From: Candidatus Poribacteria bacterium
GTDB taxonomy: Bacteria; Poribacteria; WGA-4E; PCPOR2b
Direction: 5' to 3'
Assembly (NCBI GenBank): GCA_965208325.1
Contig: OZ242326.1
Coordinates: forward strand, 1,984,001-2,048,000
DNA length: 64,000 nt
Below are positions 51,793 through 61,982 of the stretch, piece after piece. A program made the translations under genes and the position numbers. Within the stretch, counting starts at the first letter, position 1. Each line of letters begins with the position of its first letter. The notes under the pieces are model-generated. The model ran no database searches and had not been told where the DNA came from. It was given only the letters and a program-made list of their open reading frames with translations.

Positions 51793-52354
51793 AATGACCT
51801 CCATGGATTCATGGTAATTGATGGAAATAACATCTGTTATCAGTTTAACTCATGGGGTCATTTGATACAAACTATAAAAAACTCGGTTTCAAATAAAAGT
51901 CGCGATTCGGAGATCGCTCTTGCGGTGCGCGGGTGGAATTGGAAGGATGGAAGATTGGAAGGGATTCCGATTTTCGATGACGGGTTCGTATTGTTTAAAA
52001 ATTGGGTTAGGTTCAGCTTGGGATTAGGGACGGTGTTCGTGATTCGCAATCAATTCGGATGGGAGAGGTTTTAAAAGCGTTGGGTTTCGCTCCATTCATC
52101 GGATCTTGTACGCGGTTAGGTTGACGGGGAATTTGGTTTTCATGGACGGTTTTTGGATGTATCCGCTCTACCCAACCTACAGGAGTTGTGTTTAAGAAAC
52201 CGAGTTTGCAAGAAAAAAACTCGGTTTCAATTAACATTTTGCTCGGCTTCAGAGTTTCGGCAGGTGCAGTTGGGAGACTAAACCTACCGCAGTGCAAATA
52301 AATTACGAGCTTTGCAATGATTTGGCGGAAGTCCTTGTTCGGAAGGAACTATTC

Positions 52355-54187
52355 ATGGAATACATAGTGTGTTTTATTGGAATTTGTGTGGTTGGCGGTC
52401 TCGGTTTGGCTGCCGTATGCGCAGCCGAACAGGGCTACCGGGAGACGCAGCTTCACGAGAAAGTCGTAGAACGCATTTACCAAGACGGCCGCCGGGTTTT
52501 GATGGTGAACGGGGATGAAATCGAAGATAGAACACCGAAACCCGACCCGGCTCCACAGGACATCACGCCCGAGGAACACGAACGCGGATACATCGTCTAT
52601 CGACGATCTGATTCTGACGGCGTCTTTCGTTTCAGCAGCCCCCAAACCGGTGAGCGAACTGCCGTTCTCTCGACGGCTGCGAGTCAGGACGAGAAACGGC
52701 ACGCGCAGTTTGCTATACGCGCGCTCCGAGATTTGGGGAGGGTAGATGTGGAACTTGGGGCATTGTCGAACGGGGATGGCGTCACGCTGCCGGTTTCCGC
52801 TGTTTCAGTTCGACCGGTGCGTATCGGCATTTGGAGAAACTATTGGGACCCGTTCTTTGTCGAGGCGCCGAAACTCTTAGATCATTATGACGCTGTGACC
52901 CGCGTGCACCGCGGGCAGAGCCAGCAGTTTTGGATTAGTTTTCACGTACCGCCGGGGACACCTGCCGGCAGATTTTCGGGGGACATTCATGTGCGTACCG
53001 AGCATGGCGGTGAAGCGGCGCTAAGGCTTGAATTGGAGGTTTATCCTTTTTCCCTGGCGCCCGGGCGATGGTGGGGCATCTACTACTACGGTCTGACAGG
53101 CGAGAAAACTGCACGGGACTTCGCTGACATGAAGGCACACGGCGTCAATTCGTTGCTCATCTGTCCTCCGGGGCACGTAGCGCCCGTGCTTGAGCGCGTC
53201 GGGGACCGCGTTACCGCTAGTTTTCCGCACACTGACAAGCTGATGGCTGAACTTAAACGTCAGGGGTTTAACAGGCAGGTGCCGTATTATCCCCGCATGT
53301 TAAGCTGCCGCGTGCTCGATCTCTTCGACCGTGTGGACGGTGTGAAATTCAAGCCCGGCGACTATTACGGCCAACGCTGCGTCGACTATAAAGCTGAAGA
53401 CTATCCCGAAGACCTGAAGGAGGTACTCAAAGATATTTTTCGCCAAATGGTTCAACACGCAAAGGAAGCAGATTGGCCGGAAATCCTCTGGTTCCTCGTG
53501 GATGAACCCGGTGCCGCAGCTTTGCACGAGCGTGAACTTGAATGGGCGAAGGTAGAATTCCCCCTGTTTGCGGAGGCATGCCCCGGCGAGAAATTGCTCT
53601 GTACGGCGTACTCACGCGACGTGATTGACGCTATCGGTGTCCGGCTTGATGTGCGTGTCGGGGAGTTGTGGCGCTTTACCGACGACGACCTGCAGCGTAC
53701 CGACGCGGACGATTCACAGCTCTGGGGTATTCGTTGGCTGTGTCAGCACAATGCCTACCGTTTTCCGCGGCACTTCGCCGGGTTTGGGCTCGACCGTATG
53801 GGGCTTGACGGTTTTACCGAATGGACGTACTACGGCGCACCCGTCTACCGACCCTACGACCAGATTATTGACTGGCAGGGTTGCAGTTACGCCTTTGAAG
53901 ATGAACATGGGAATCTCCTCAGCACGATTACCTGGGAAGCGGCGCAGGAAGGCATTGACGATGCCCGCTACGCGGCTACGCTGCGCGCACTAATTTCCAA
54001 TGGTGAGTCCTTGATGAACCGAGAGCATCAGCGGCTTGGCGGCGATGCGTCGGATTGGATTGAAACGCGCATCGCGGCAATTCCAAATCGCCCGGTTACC
54101 TTGCCCGAGGCGGAACTGGACGCATTGCGGCGGGAGATTGCGAATCAGATTATTGTGTTGATGGACGCGGGACTGTCCGCCGATTAG
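52355..54187 (+). CDS. Secreted glycoside-hydrolase-like protein (GH123/DUF4091-like)
   Basis: QQFWISFHVP, DMKAHGVNS, DEP, WEAAQEGIDDARY. Confidence 0.7.
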   Translation: MEYIVCFIGICVVGGLGLAAVCAAEQGYRETQLHEKVVERIYQDGRRVLMVNGDEIEDRTPKPDPAPQDITPEEHERGYIVYRRSDSDGVFRFSSPQTGERTAVLSTAASQDEKRHAQFAIRALRDLGRVDVELGALSNGDGVTLPVSAVSVRPVRIGIWRNYWDPFFVEAPKLLDHYDAVTRVHRGQSQQFWISFHVPPGTPAGRFSGDIHVRTEHGGEAALRLELEVYPFSLAPGRWWGIYYYGLTGEKTARDFADMKAHGVNSLLICPPGHVAPVLERVGDRVTASFPHTDKLMAELKRQGFNRQVPYYPRMLSCRVLDLFDRVDGVKFKPGDYYGQRCVDYKAEDYPEDLKEVLKDIFRQMVQHAKEADWPEILWFLVDEPGAAALHERELEWAKVEFPLFAEACPGEKLLCTAYSRDVIDAIGVRLDVRVGELWRFTDDDLQRTDADDSQLWGIRWLCQHNAYRFPRHFAGFGLDRMGLDGFTEWTYYGAPVYRPYDQIIDWQGCSYAFEDEHGNLLSTITWEAAQEGIDDARYAATLRALISNGESLMNREHQRLGGDASDWIETRIAAIPNRPVTLPEAELDALRREIANQIIVLMDAGLSAD

Positions 54188-54361
54188 CGCCGAGATGTGA
54201 TTACAATGGTTGTGCCCGTCCATTCGAAAGCCGTTGAAAGACGTGGTGCAACCAGCGGTTAGTCGCCCATGAATTCCGACGTTAAAGCCGATTCCATGGA
54301 AATTTAATAGTGTTTCAGAGCGTGCGGCTTGAAACCGCACCTACGGGGTGGAGAATAACTG

Positions 54362-55663
54362 ATGTCTTTAGCAAGAAAAATCATACTCGCCGTGTGCTTT
54401 ACTTTTGCGATAACGTGCAGTGCCTTCGCCCAATGGCTGCTTGTACCGATGGATAAAGCGCAGACCAACCACCTAAAGGCCTACGGATTGACCTACTGGA
54501 CGCTGCAAACGCCGCGGGAATACCGGGCGATGTGGCTATTGAATTACCGCGGCGGCGCCTTCCTGTTGAACGATTCGCCCGACGTGCATGTCAAGTCGAA
54601 GGCGATGGGAGTTCATGTTGAACCAATGTCTGATGTCGATTACGGCGAAATTCTCATTGAGATGGAAAATTCCAACATGGATGAAATCTTGTTGGAAAAA
54701 GCGCCAAAAATTGCGGTTTACGCCCCGCCGGACAACACCCCCTACCGCGATCCGTGGGGCGATGCGGTGAAGATTGCTTTGGATTACGCCCAAATTCCCT
54801 ATCATGTCATCTGGGACAAGGAGGTCGAAAACCAGTTCCTGCTCACGGAAGGGTTCGACTGGTTACATTTGCACCATGAGGATTTCACCGGACAGCACGG
54901 CAAATTCTACGGTTCTTTCAGGGGGCAGGTGTGGTACCAGCAGCGAGTCCGACTGTTTAAGCAAGCGGCTACCGAGGCGGGCTTTTCCCGCGTGCCGAGA
55001 CACAAAGGACATATTGCGCAACTGATTCAGGATTACGTCCTCAACGGAGGATTCCTGTTTGCGATGTGTTCGGCGCCAGAAACGTTGGATATTGCAATCG
55101 CGGCGGGCGCAGGGCACGTCGATATCGTCGCACCAGAACTTGATGGAACGCCCACCCAGCCGGACTATCAATCCAAATTGAATTTTAAAAAGACGTTCGG
55201 CTTCGAAAACTTCACGCTGCATACAAGCCCCTATCAATATGAATTTTCTGATATTGACGACCCGAAACCAGAGCCCGACCCGCTGTCCGGCTTAGAAGAT
55301 TTCACCTTGTTCGAGTTTTCGGCAAAGCACGACCCAATCCCAACGATGCTTACGCAGAATCATGTAGGTAAGGTACGGGGATTTCTTGGCCAGACGACTT
55401 CTTTCAATAGAGACACCATCCGCGATTCGGTGACCATATTGGGCGACATCGAAGGCACGCCTTATGCAAAATACATCCATGGGAAATTAGGCAAGGGGAC
55501 GTTCACGTTCCTCGGTGGACACGATCCGGAGGATTACCGGCATCTCGTCGGGGAGGGAAGGATTCCGACCAATCTGGATCTGCACAAGCACTCTCCGGGC
55601 TATCGCCTAATACTAAACAATATCCTGTTTCCCGCTGCAAAGAAGAAGCCCCAGAAGACGTAG
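54362..55663 (+). CDS. Conserved exported protein of unknown function (family often auto-labelled 'asparagine synthetase B')
   Basis: Signal peptide; NHLKAYG, WLLNYRGG, WLHLHHEDFTGQ, GGHDPEDY. Confidence 0.75.
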   Translation: MSLARKIILAVCFTFAITCSAFAQWLLVPMDKAQTNHLKAYGLTYWTLQTPREYRAMWLLNYRGGAFLLNDSPDVHVKSKAMGVHVEPMSDVDYGEILIEMENSNMDEILLEKAPKIAVYAPPDNTPYRDPWGDAVKIALDYAQIPYHVIWDKEVENQFLLTEGFDWLHLHHEDFTGQHGKFYGSFRGQVWYQQRVRLFKQAATEAGFSRVPRHKGHIAQLIQDYVLNGGFLFAMCSAPETLDIAIAAGAGHVDIVAPELDGTPTQPDYQSKLNFKKTFGFENFTLHTSPYQYEFSDIDDPKPEPDPLSGLEDFTLFEFSAKHDPIPTMLTQNHVGKVRGFLGQTTSFNRDTIRDSVTILGDIEGTPYAKYIHGKLGKGTFTFLGGHDPEDYRHLVGEGRIPTNLDLHKHSPGYRLILNNILFPAAKKKPQKT

Positions 55664-55808
55664 TCTGAATCAGGATACTCAGGATTGAAGGATTTGCAGG
55701 ATATGATGCGTGTAAATATGAAATGACTATTGGGCCGCATTTCCTTAAAGATTAGGCGAGGCTGCATGCTTTAAAAATTCACATTTAACACTTGGAAAGA
55801 GAAGTGAA

Positions 55809-57185
55809 ATGTCGAACATTCAGAGTGAATTTTCCACCGAAGATTACCGAGAAATTGATCGAGCGCACGTTTGGCACCCGCTCTTTCAACATGAACTTTT
55901 GAATCAGACAAATCTGATTGTGTTCAAGGAGGCGCATGGGACAACCATAGTTGACTCGGACGGACACGAATATTTGGATGCGTATTCAGGTTTGTGGAAT
56001 GTCATCGTCGGATATGGACGGCAGGAGATTGCCCAAGCGGTGTATGAGCAGACTCAACAGTTGCACTACTATCCACATACGCAGATAAACATTCCGGCAA
56101 CGTTACTGTCGGAACGGCTGGCGGAGCTACTTCCGGGGAACCTCAACCACGTCTATTTCAGCAACAGCGGTTCTGAAGCCAATGAAACAGCAATAAAAAT
56201 AGCGCGGCAGTACGGCAGGCAAAGGTATCCGGGGCAGAACCGGTACAAGATTATTGCACGGTACCGCGGCTATCACGGATTCACTTACGGGGCAATGTCT
56301 GCAACCGGACAGGTGCTGCGGAAAAAACCTTTTGAACCGCTCGCGCCCGGTTTCCTGCACGTCCAGCCACCGTATTGCTATCGGTGTCCGTTTGACTTGA
56401 ATGATTCGGACTGCGCCATGTTCTGTGCGGATGAAATCGAACGAGTCATTCAGTGGGAGGGCGCGGAAACCGTCATTGCAGTAATTGCCGAACCCATCAT
56501 CGGCGGCGGCGGAGTGATTGTTCCGCCGGACGACTATCTTCCAAGACTGAGAGAAATCTGCGACCGCTATGGAATATTGCTCATCCTTGATGAAGTGATT
56601 ACGGGGTTTGGAAGAACAGGCACGCTGTTCGCGTGTGAACGGTGGGGAGTGCTACCGGATATCATTACATTGGCGAAAGGGTTGACGAGCGGCTACGTTC
56701 CGCTGGGCGCATGCGTCGTCAGCGATGAGGTTTTTGAAGGATTTCTCGGTGCGCCGGAGGAGGAACGGGAATTCGCGCAAGTCTGCACGTATGCTGGGCA
56801 CCCTGTGGCTTGCGCTGCGGGTTTGGCGAACCTGAAAATTATCTCAGACGAACGGTTATGGGAAAACTCCGAGCGTGTAGGAACCTACCTTCTTGATAAA
56901 CTTGATACGCTGCGATCGTTGCCAATTGTGGGAGATGTCCGCGGAAAAGGACTTATGCTGGCGATTGAGTTAGTGAAAAACGGCAAATCACATTTAGACA
57001 CCGCGAAAACAAATCAGATTGTTGCGGCAGTCCGAGAAAAAGGCATCCTAATCGGAAAAATCAGCCGCGCTGTAGATGAGCCGGAAAACATCATTTTCGT
57101 TGCCCCGCCGCTAATTCTGACGGATGATGAGGCGAATCGAATCTTCGAATCACTCCGCGAGGTACTTGCTGATTTTAGCACCTGA
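55809..57185 (+). CDS. Class III PLP aminotransferase (omega-amine/BioA-like)
   Basis: NSGSEANE, YHG, DEVITGFGRTG, AKGLTSGY. Confidence 0.93.
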   Translation: MSNIQSEFSTEDYREIDRAHVWHPLFQHELLNQTNLIVFKEAHGTTIVDSDGHEYLDAYSGLWNVIVGYGRQEIAQAVYEQTQQLHYYPHTQINIPATLLSERLAELLPGNLNHVYFSNSGSEANETAIKIARQYGRQRYPGQNRYKIIARYRGYHGFTYGAMSATGQVLRKKPFEPLAPGFLHVQPPYCYRCPFDLNDSDCAMFCADEIERVIQWEGAETVIAVIAEPIIGGGGVIVPPDDYLPRLREICDRYGILLILDEVITGFGRTGTLFACERWGVLPDIITLAKGLTSGYVPLGACVVSDEVFEGFLGAPEEEREFAQVCTYAGHPVACAAGLANLKIISDERLWENSERVGTYLLDKLDTLRSLPIVGDVRGKGLMLAIELVKNGKSHLDTAKTNQIVAAVREKGILIGKISRAVDEPENIIFVAPPLILTDDEANRIFESLREVLADFST

Positions 57186-57243
57186 TTGGATAATAGGTGA
57201 CAAAGCCATACTTGTGCGTTTGAGTTGCTATAAGCGGTGGAAC

Positions 57244-57409
57244 CTCTATCGCGCGGCATTTACTATCGCCCTCGTTAGTCGCTCTGTTGATGCTATTTGG
57301 CCGCTTGATTCCATCAAATACCATACTCCAGCATTGAGCGGGGCAAGATGCCCCGCCTACGGAGGGTAGTGGGTTACTATACACCTGCCGCCCTCTCGGG
57401 CTGCATAAA
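57244..57409. repeat. Second copy of the composite dispersed repeat
   Basis: Homologous to 35493-35699. Confidence 0.85.
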
Positions 57410-57504
57410 GTGAATTTTCAAACGAGTTCTTAAGGGTTGATAGAGATTCACAATCCTACGGCATTTTTTCACGATAAACAGCTGTCCCTGACGGATTTTC
57501 ACGA

Positions 57505-57598
57505 TGGCGGGAGAGGGTGGGAGTCGAACCCACCTACCCACTTGCATGGGCAAGCTGGTTTTGAAGACCAGTAGAGCCACCGGACCCTATCCTCTCCC
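57505..57598 (-). tRNA. selC: tRNA-Sec (UCA)
   Basis: 8-bp acceptor stem GGGAGAGG/CCTCTCCC, G discriminator and CCA; anticodon arm CTGGT-CTTCAAA-ACCAG; long variable arm; TTCGA loop; follows selB. Confidence 0.97.
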
Positions 57599-57652
57599 AA
57601 AATGAACGGTTAACATTGGACGCATGAGCACCGTGTAAATGTGCGCAACGGA

Positions 57653-59578
57653 TTATGAACTCTTTTGCGGAGATTTCCGCAGACGGCGGTGGTTTCCTTC
57701 GCGAATCGTGAACCCTTTGCCGTCGCAGTATTCCAAGAACGGCACAGCATATTTGCGGCTAGTCTGCGCAACCTCCCGGAATTCAGCGACTGTAATCACG
57801 GTTTTTTCTTGGAGGAAACCGGTAAGCAGATTCATGGTGTTTTCAAATGTCCGGATATGGACAAAGAAGTCATCTGCAATTTTGACAAGCTGTCCAAGAT
57901 TTACGAGCGCGTAGAATGTCTCTCGAACCGATTGCGCGGAATATTCCGGAAGTTGCTCGGTTAGCGCTTTTATATTGGGGACGTTTATACCTGCATCCAA
58001 AAAGACGGCTTCAACTTTCTCTTTGATTGCCTCCTCTTGTACCGAAAATTGGATTTGATGTGACGCCAAACGCAGGAGATTTCCGTCTATAACGACCCGC
58101 TTCTGCCGGATTAAATCGCCCACAATCTTCTCGAAAGCAGTTTCATCAAGGTCAAGTTGTAGACGGAGTTTCGCCGTGTTCTGACCGGGTGCGAGCGGCG
58201 TCTCTGCGTGGAAACCCTCCAAGGCGTCGATGAGATTAGTTTGCGCCCTTTGCAATCGATCCCTAGCGGCAATAAGCCGGCTGCCACCGTTCCAACGCGT
58301 TATTTTATGCTCGCGTTCCAGTGCTTTCAGGATTTTTTCCATCGTTGAATTCGGGTGGCTGAGATAATACCGCAGAGAGTCTTCCGACAAGCAGAGTTCA
58401 CTCCTTTGCGCTAGCAGCAGATTTATCACGCCGACATCGTCAGCCATTTTCCATTGATTGAGCGTATGCGCAGTCGCTTTCGCAAACCGCTTGTGGCGAG
58501 GCGCAAACGGATTCATCACCGTACCACCTCCGACGGTATACTGCGATGCGAAATCGCGGACGATAAGCCGATCTCCCCTGAATGTGAGAATTGGCGTCTC
58601 TAAGCGCAATTGGATTTGCGCCGTTTCGCCCGGCAAAACGGCTTCATCCACAAGCAGTATCGCCCGACAAAACGCTTCGCTAGTACCGAGATAAAACCGC
58701 AGCCGCGTCCAGTGTTCTAACATTCGCGGAAAGGACGACAGCACATGGAGTGAAACATCAATGTTGTCCGTCACTCTTGACAAGCCGATTGTGCAAAGTA
58801 CATCTCCGCGGCGAATTTCTTCTGTCGTAATGCCCGAAAGGTTCAATGCGGTCCGCTGTCCGGCGTGCGCTTCCTCGGCTGGACGATTGTGAACTTGTAT
58901 CCCGCGCACACGAATGTCGCGTCCCTGCGGCAATATCATAAGCCGTTGTTCGCGGTGTATGGAACCGTCAATCAGCGTTCCGGTAACGACGGCGCCAAAC
59001 CCCGGCATGGTAAAAATCCGATCCACATAGAGGCGTGGAATACCGTTGCGGCTCTCTTTTCCTGCAACAGCCGTGACTCTATCGACAATTGCCTGCTTTA
59101 GGCGGTCCACGCCTTCTTCAGTCTCAGCCGACACTTGCACAGTTGGTGCGCCTTCAAGCGCGGTACCCGCCAACATCTCTTGTGCCATCTCGGTAGATTC
59201 AGCTAATTCTTCCGCCGTCACCAAATCAATTTTGGTCATCACCAATATGCCGGTCGAGATGCCGAGGAGATCGAGGATTTCCAAGTGTTCCAAGGTCTGC
59301 TCCTGTACACCCTCCTTCGCATCCACGACTAGCAGCACAACGTCCATTCCGTAAGCGCCCGAAAGCATATTCCGGATGAACCTTTCATGCCCTGGCACGT
59401 CCACGATTCCGGCGCGTGAACCGTCGGGGAGGTCGAAATAGGCGAACCCCAACTCGATTGACAGTCCACGTTCTTGTTCCTCCTTGAGCCGGTCGGTTTC
59501 GATTCCTGTGAGGGCGCGAATAAGCGCTGTTTTGCCGTGGTCGACATGTCCGGCGGTGCCGATGATGACGTGCCGCAT
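57653..59578 (-). CDS. selB: Selenocysteine-specific elongation factor
   Basis: [24 protein letters not shown]-terminal [13 protein letters not shown]. Confidence 0.97.
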   Translation of the reverse strand: MRHVIIGTAGHVDHGKTALIRALTGIETDRLKEEQERGLSIELGFAYFDLPDGSRAGIVDVPGHERFIRNMLSGAYGMDVVLLVVDAKEGVQEQTLEHLEILDLLGISTGILVMTKIDLVTAEELAESTEMAQEMLAGTALEGAPTVQVSAETEEGVDRLKQAIVDRVTAVAGKESRNGIPRLYVDRIFTMPGFGAVVTGTLIDGSIHREQRLMILPQGRDIRVRGIQVHNRPAEEAHAGQRTALNLSGITTEEIRRGDVLCTIGLSRVTDNIDVSLHVLSSFPRMLEHWTRLRFYLGTSEAFCRAILLVDEAVLPGETAQIQLRLETPILTFRGDRLIVRDFASQYTVGGGTVMNPFAPRHKRFAKATAHTLNQWKMADDVGVINLLLAQRSELCLSEDSLRYYLSHPNSTMEKILKALEREHKITRWNGGSRLIAARDRLQRAQTNLIDALEGFHAETPLAPGQNTAKLRLQLDLDETAFEKIVGDLIRQKRVVIDGNLLRLASHQIQFSVQEEAIKEKVEAVFLDAGINVPNIKALTEQLPEYSAQSVRETFYALVNLGQLVKIADDFFVHIRTFENTMNLLTGFLQEKTVITVAEFREVAQTSRKYAVPFLEYCDGKGFTIREGNHRRLRKSPQKSS

Positions 59579-59582
59579 AGCG

Positions 59583-61022
59583 TTATCCTGAATTACAGCT
59601 CAGGCCTCCCATGACATTTTTGGCCGCATCGGCGATCCAATCCAGTTCCTGCTCGCCTATCGTTCGAACGTCCATCCAAAACCGATTATCCTGCGAGCGA
59701 CCGATTACCGGCCTTGACTGAGTGCGGAAACTGGCAGCCAGCGCTTCCGCGGAGGTGTGTTTCGACTCCAAGACTACTGCGAGGCTGGGCAAAGTTTCAA
59801 TCGGGAGGGAACCGCTGCCAATCTGTGCGTGACTCTCTTCGATTGCGACAGCCATCTCTTCACCAAAGACTTGCTGTAGGCACGTTTCTAATTGTTCGGC
59901 AACCGTTCGTAGCTCATGCATTGAGCGGGTACAGCGGTAAAGCATAGGGAGGTTATCGATTAGGCTGTCTTCATTGAGATAGAGACGTAAAGTCGCTTCG
60001 AGCGCAGCGATTGTCAGTTTTCCGACGCGGAACGCACGCATCAGCGGATTTTTACGAATTTGCCGAATTAAATTCGACTTACCGGCGATAATCCCCGCCT
60101 GCGGACCGCCGAGCAGCTTATCACCGCTAAATGTTAGGATATCGACGCCCGCCTCAATTCGCTCACGAACGACTGGCTCATAAGGTAAATTGTACTTGGT
60201 CAAATCGATTAGCGATCCGCTGCCGAGATCTTCCATAGTTGGGATGCCACTCCGATGCCCAAGTTCGGCGACCTCTTCTATGCTTGGCGCCGCGGTAAAG
60301 CCGACGATTTTGTAGTTGCTGGGATTCACTTTCAGGAGGAGCGCTGTGTTCTCGTTGATTGCATTTTCGTAATCCTTGAGATGGGTCCGGTTCGTCGTGC
60401 CCACTTCCCTCAGGATTGCCCCACTGGCTTCCATTACATCGGGAATTCGAAATGCACCGCCTATTTCAATCAATTCTCCGCGCGAGACGATGACCTCCTT
60501 GCCTCGCCCCAATGTGTTCAACGTCAGTAAAACTGCCGCGGCGTTGTTGTTAACGACGGTTGACGCGCCGCAGCCAGTTAACCGCTGAAGAATAGGTTCA
60601 GTGATAAGATCGCGGTGTCCACGATTTCCACTCTCCAGATTGTACTCTAGGTTGACATAGTTACTGGCGGCTTGACGAATCCCTTCACACGCGGATGTGC
60701 TGAGAAGCGATCTACCAAGATTGGTGTGGATGATTGTCCCGGTCACGTTTATTACAGGCAGGATAGAGGAAGCGGTCATGGCTTCAAGTTTAGCGCGCGT
60801 AATACCGGCAAGTTGCGCATCATCGGGTACATGCGAGATTTCACGGTCGGCGAGAATTTGCGTTCGAATCTCCGCAACCACTGAACGCAATGCTTCGGTG
60901 ACGAGATCTCGGGAATACTGTTTCTGAATGTCGAGAAACAATCCACGAACCAACAACTGCTCAATGGCAGGTATGCGGCGTAAAGCGGCATGTTGTTTTT
61001 CGGTCAGGTTATGTTCGGACAT
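59583..61022 (-). CDS. selA: L-seryl-tRNA(Sec) selenium transferase
   Basis: [37 protein letters not shown]. Confidence 0.97.
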   Translation of the reverse strand: MSEHNLTEKQHAALRRIPAIEQLLVRGLFLDIQKQYSRDLVTEALRSVVAEIRTQILADREISHVPDDAQLAGITRAKLEAMTASSILPVINVTGTIIHTNLGRSLLSTSACEGIRQAASNYVNLEYNLESGNRGHRDLITEPILQRLTGCGASTVVNNNAAAVLLTLNTLGRGKEVIVSRGELIEIGGAFRIPDVMEASGAILREVGTTNRTHLKDYENAINENTALLLKVNPSNYKIVGFTAAPSIEEVAELGHRSGIPTMEDLGSGSLIDLTKYNLPYEPVVRERIEAGVDILTFSGDKLLGGPQAGIIAGKSNLIRQIRKNPLMRAFRVGKLTIAALEATLRLYLNEDSLIDNLPMLYRCTRSMHELRTVAEQLETCLQQVFGEEMAVAIEESHAQIGSGSLPIETLPSLAVVLESKHTSAEALAASFRTQSRPVIGRSQDNRFWMDVRTIGEQELDWIADAAKNVMGGLSCNSG

Positions 61023-61322
61023 TTGTGATTGAAGGGATATGACGAGTATAAGACTTGTTAGATTGGATTGATTAGGAAAACGGTCACTTACCACCTTTAG
61101 CGCTTTGAAACTTCGATATCGGACATCTTTACTAATTAACTCGGTGTGGTAGACAAATCCAAAGCGGCATCGGGTTACAGAAATATTTTGGAAAGATGTT
61201 CATTATTTGAATTATTGTATTGGCCGCGGATATGGTTTACACATTGCGCTGGTGTCAATTAGGGAATGGCGATCCAAGCCGACGGGTATGGCGGAGTAGC
61301 TTCAATATACTGCTCGGTTAAA

Positions 61323-61355
61323 GAAACTGAGTTTTCAAGAAAAAACTCAGTTTCA
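61323..61355. repeat. Variant palindrome GAAACTGAGTTTTCAAGAAAAAACTCAGTTTC
   Basis: Compensatory variant of the AAACCGAG..CTCGGTTT family. Confidence 0.8.
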
Positions 61356-61658
61356 AATTAACCTCTGCACCGCTTTTGCGCAAGAGGAAGAATTGCGGAC
61401 ATCTTTGTTTAACACCACTATTTCATATTATATAATATTTCGGTGCATTTAACAACCAAGTAACTCCGCTGCGGCAGACCTTGTACTGACCTCATCGTAT
61501 AGGTTCGTCCGGGAATATAGGTTTACCGATAGCAGCGCTGTGTGCTATAATATGGCGGTCTTAATCCAAATAGATGCGGGATTTTTGAAGACTAGCTACA
61601 AGTAAAATCACATCATTACGGGCACCTATGTTCCAGAATCTTACTGACGGTTAAACAG

Positions 61659-61967
61659 ATGGGCATACAATTTTTTGTAGTCTTTGCGCTATCAATAATT
61701 TTCCTATCCATAGGGGTGACCGGGTGCCGTGACTTCGCTTCCGTAATTTGGGATAATGGAACACCCAAGTTGAGTTTCGTTTCGAATGCCTCAGCGATTA
61801 TCCAGTGCGCACTTGGGTTTCTACTATTTTTCATCAGTCTGTACGTTATGGGATTCTTTCTGTATCTTGAGGAGCGGGAAAGCGGCCGAATTATGAAAAA
61901 CATCAAGAGTTTCGTGAAGCTCAGGGAGTTTCTTGAACGACATCAGAAAGAGGAAACTAGGGAATGA
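61659..61967 (+). CDS. Small two-TM hypothetical membrane protein
   Basis: Two hydrophobic segments; stop codon 15 bp before hemE. Confidence 0.55.
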   Translation: MGIQFFVVFALSIIFLSIGVTGCRDFASVIWDNGTPKLSFVSNASAIIQCALGFLLFFISLYVMGFFLYLEERESGRIMKNIKSFVKLREFLERHQKEETRE

Positions 61968-61982
61968 GGATATGGAAAAATC

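Larger units (their letters stand above)
49878..51875 (-). mobile_element. Putative IS-like element with 13-bp sub-terminal inverted repeats and two DUF1670-like genes
   Basis: GTATCAAATGACC at 49880-49892 and GGTCATTTGATAC at 51856-51868; interrupts a palindrome that is intact in neighbouring array units. Confidence 0.9.
48075..52230. repeat. Tandem array of six ~352-bp composite units, interrupted by a 2-kb insertion
   Basis: GGAGAT(C/T)GCTC anchor at 48108, 48460, 48813, 49165, 49517, 51909. Confidence 0.95.

Noticed and set aside
54362..55663. asnB assignment
   Set aside because: No N-terminal Cys Ntn domain or SGGLDS motif, and the protein has a signal peptide.
57410..57530. Island integrated at selC
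   Set aside because: No duplicated tRNA 3' end and no integrase seen in the window.
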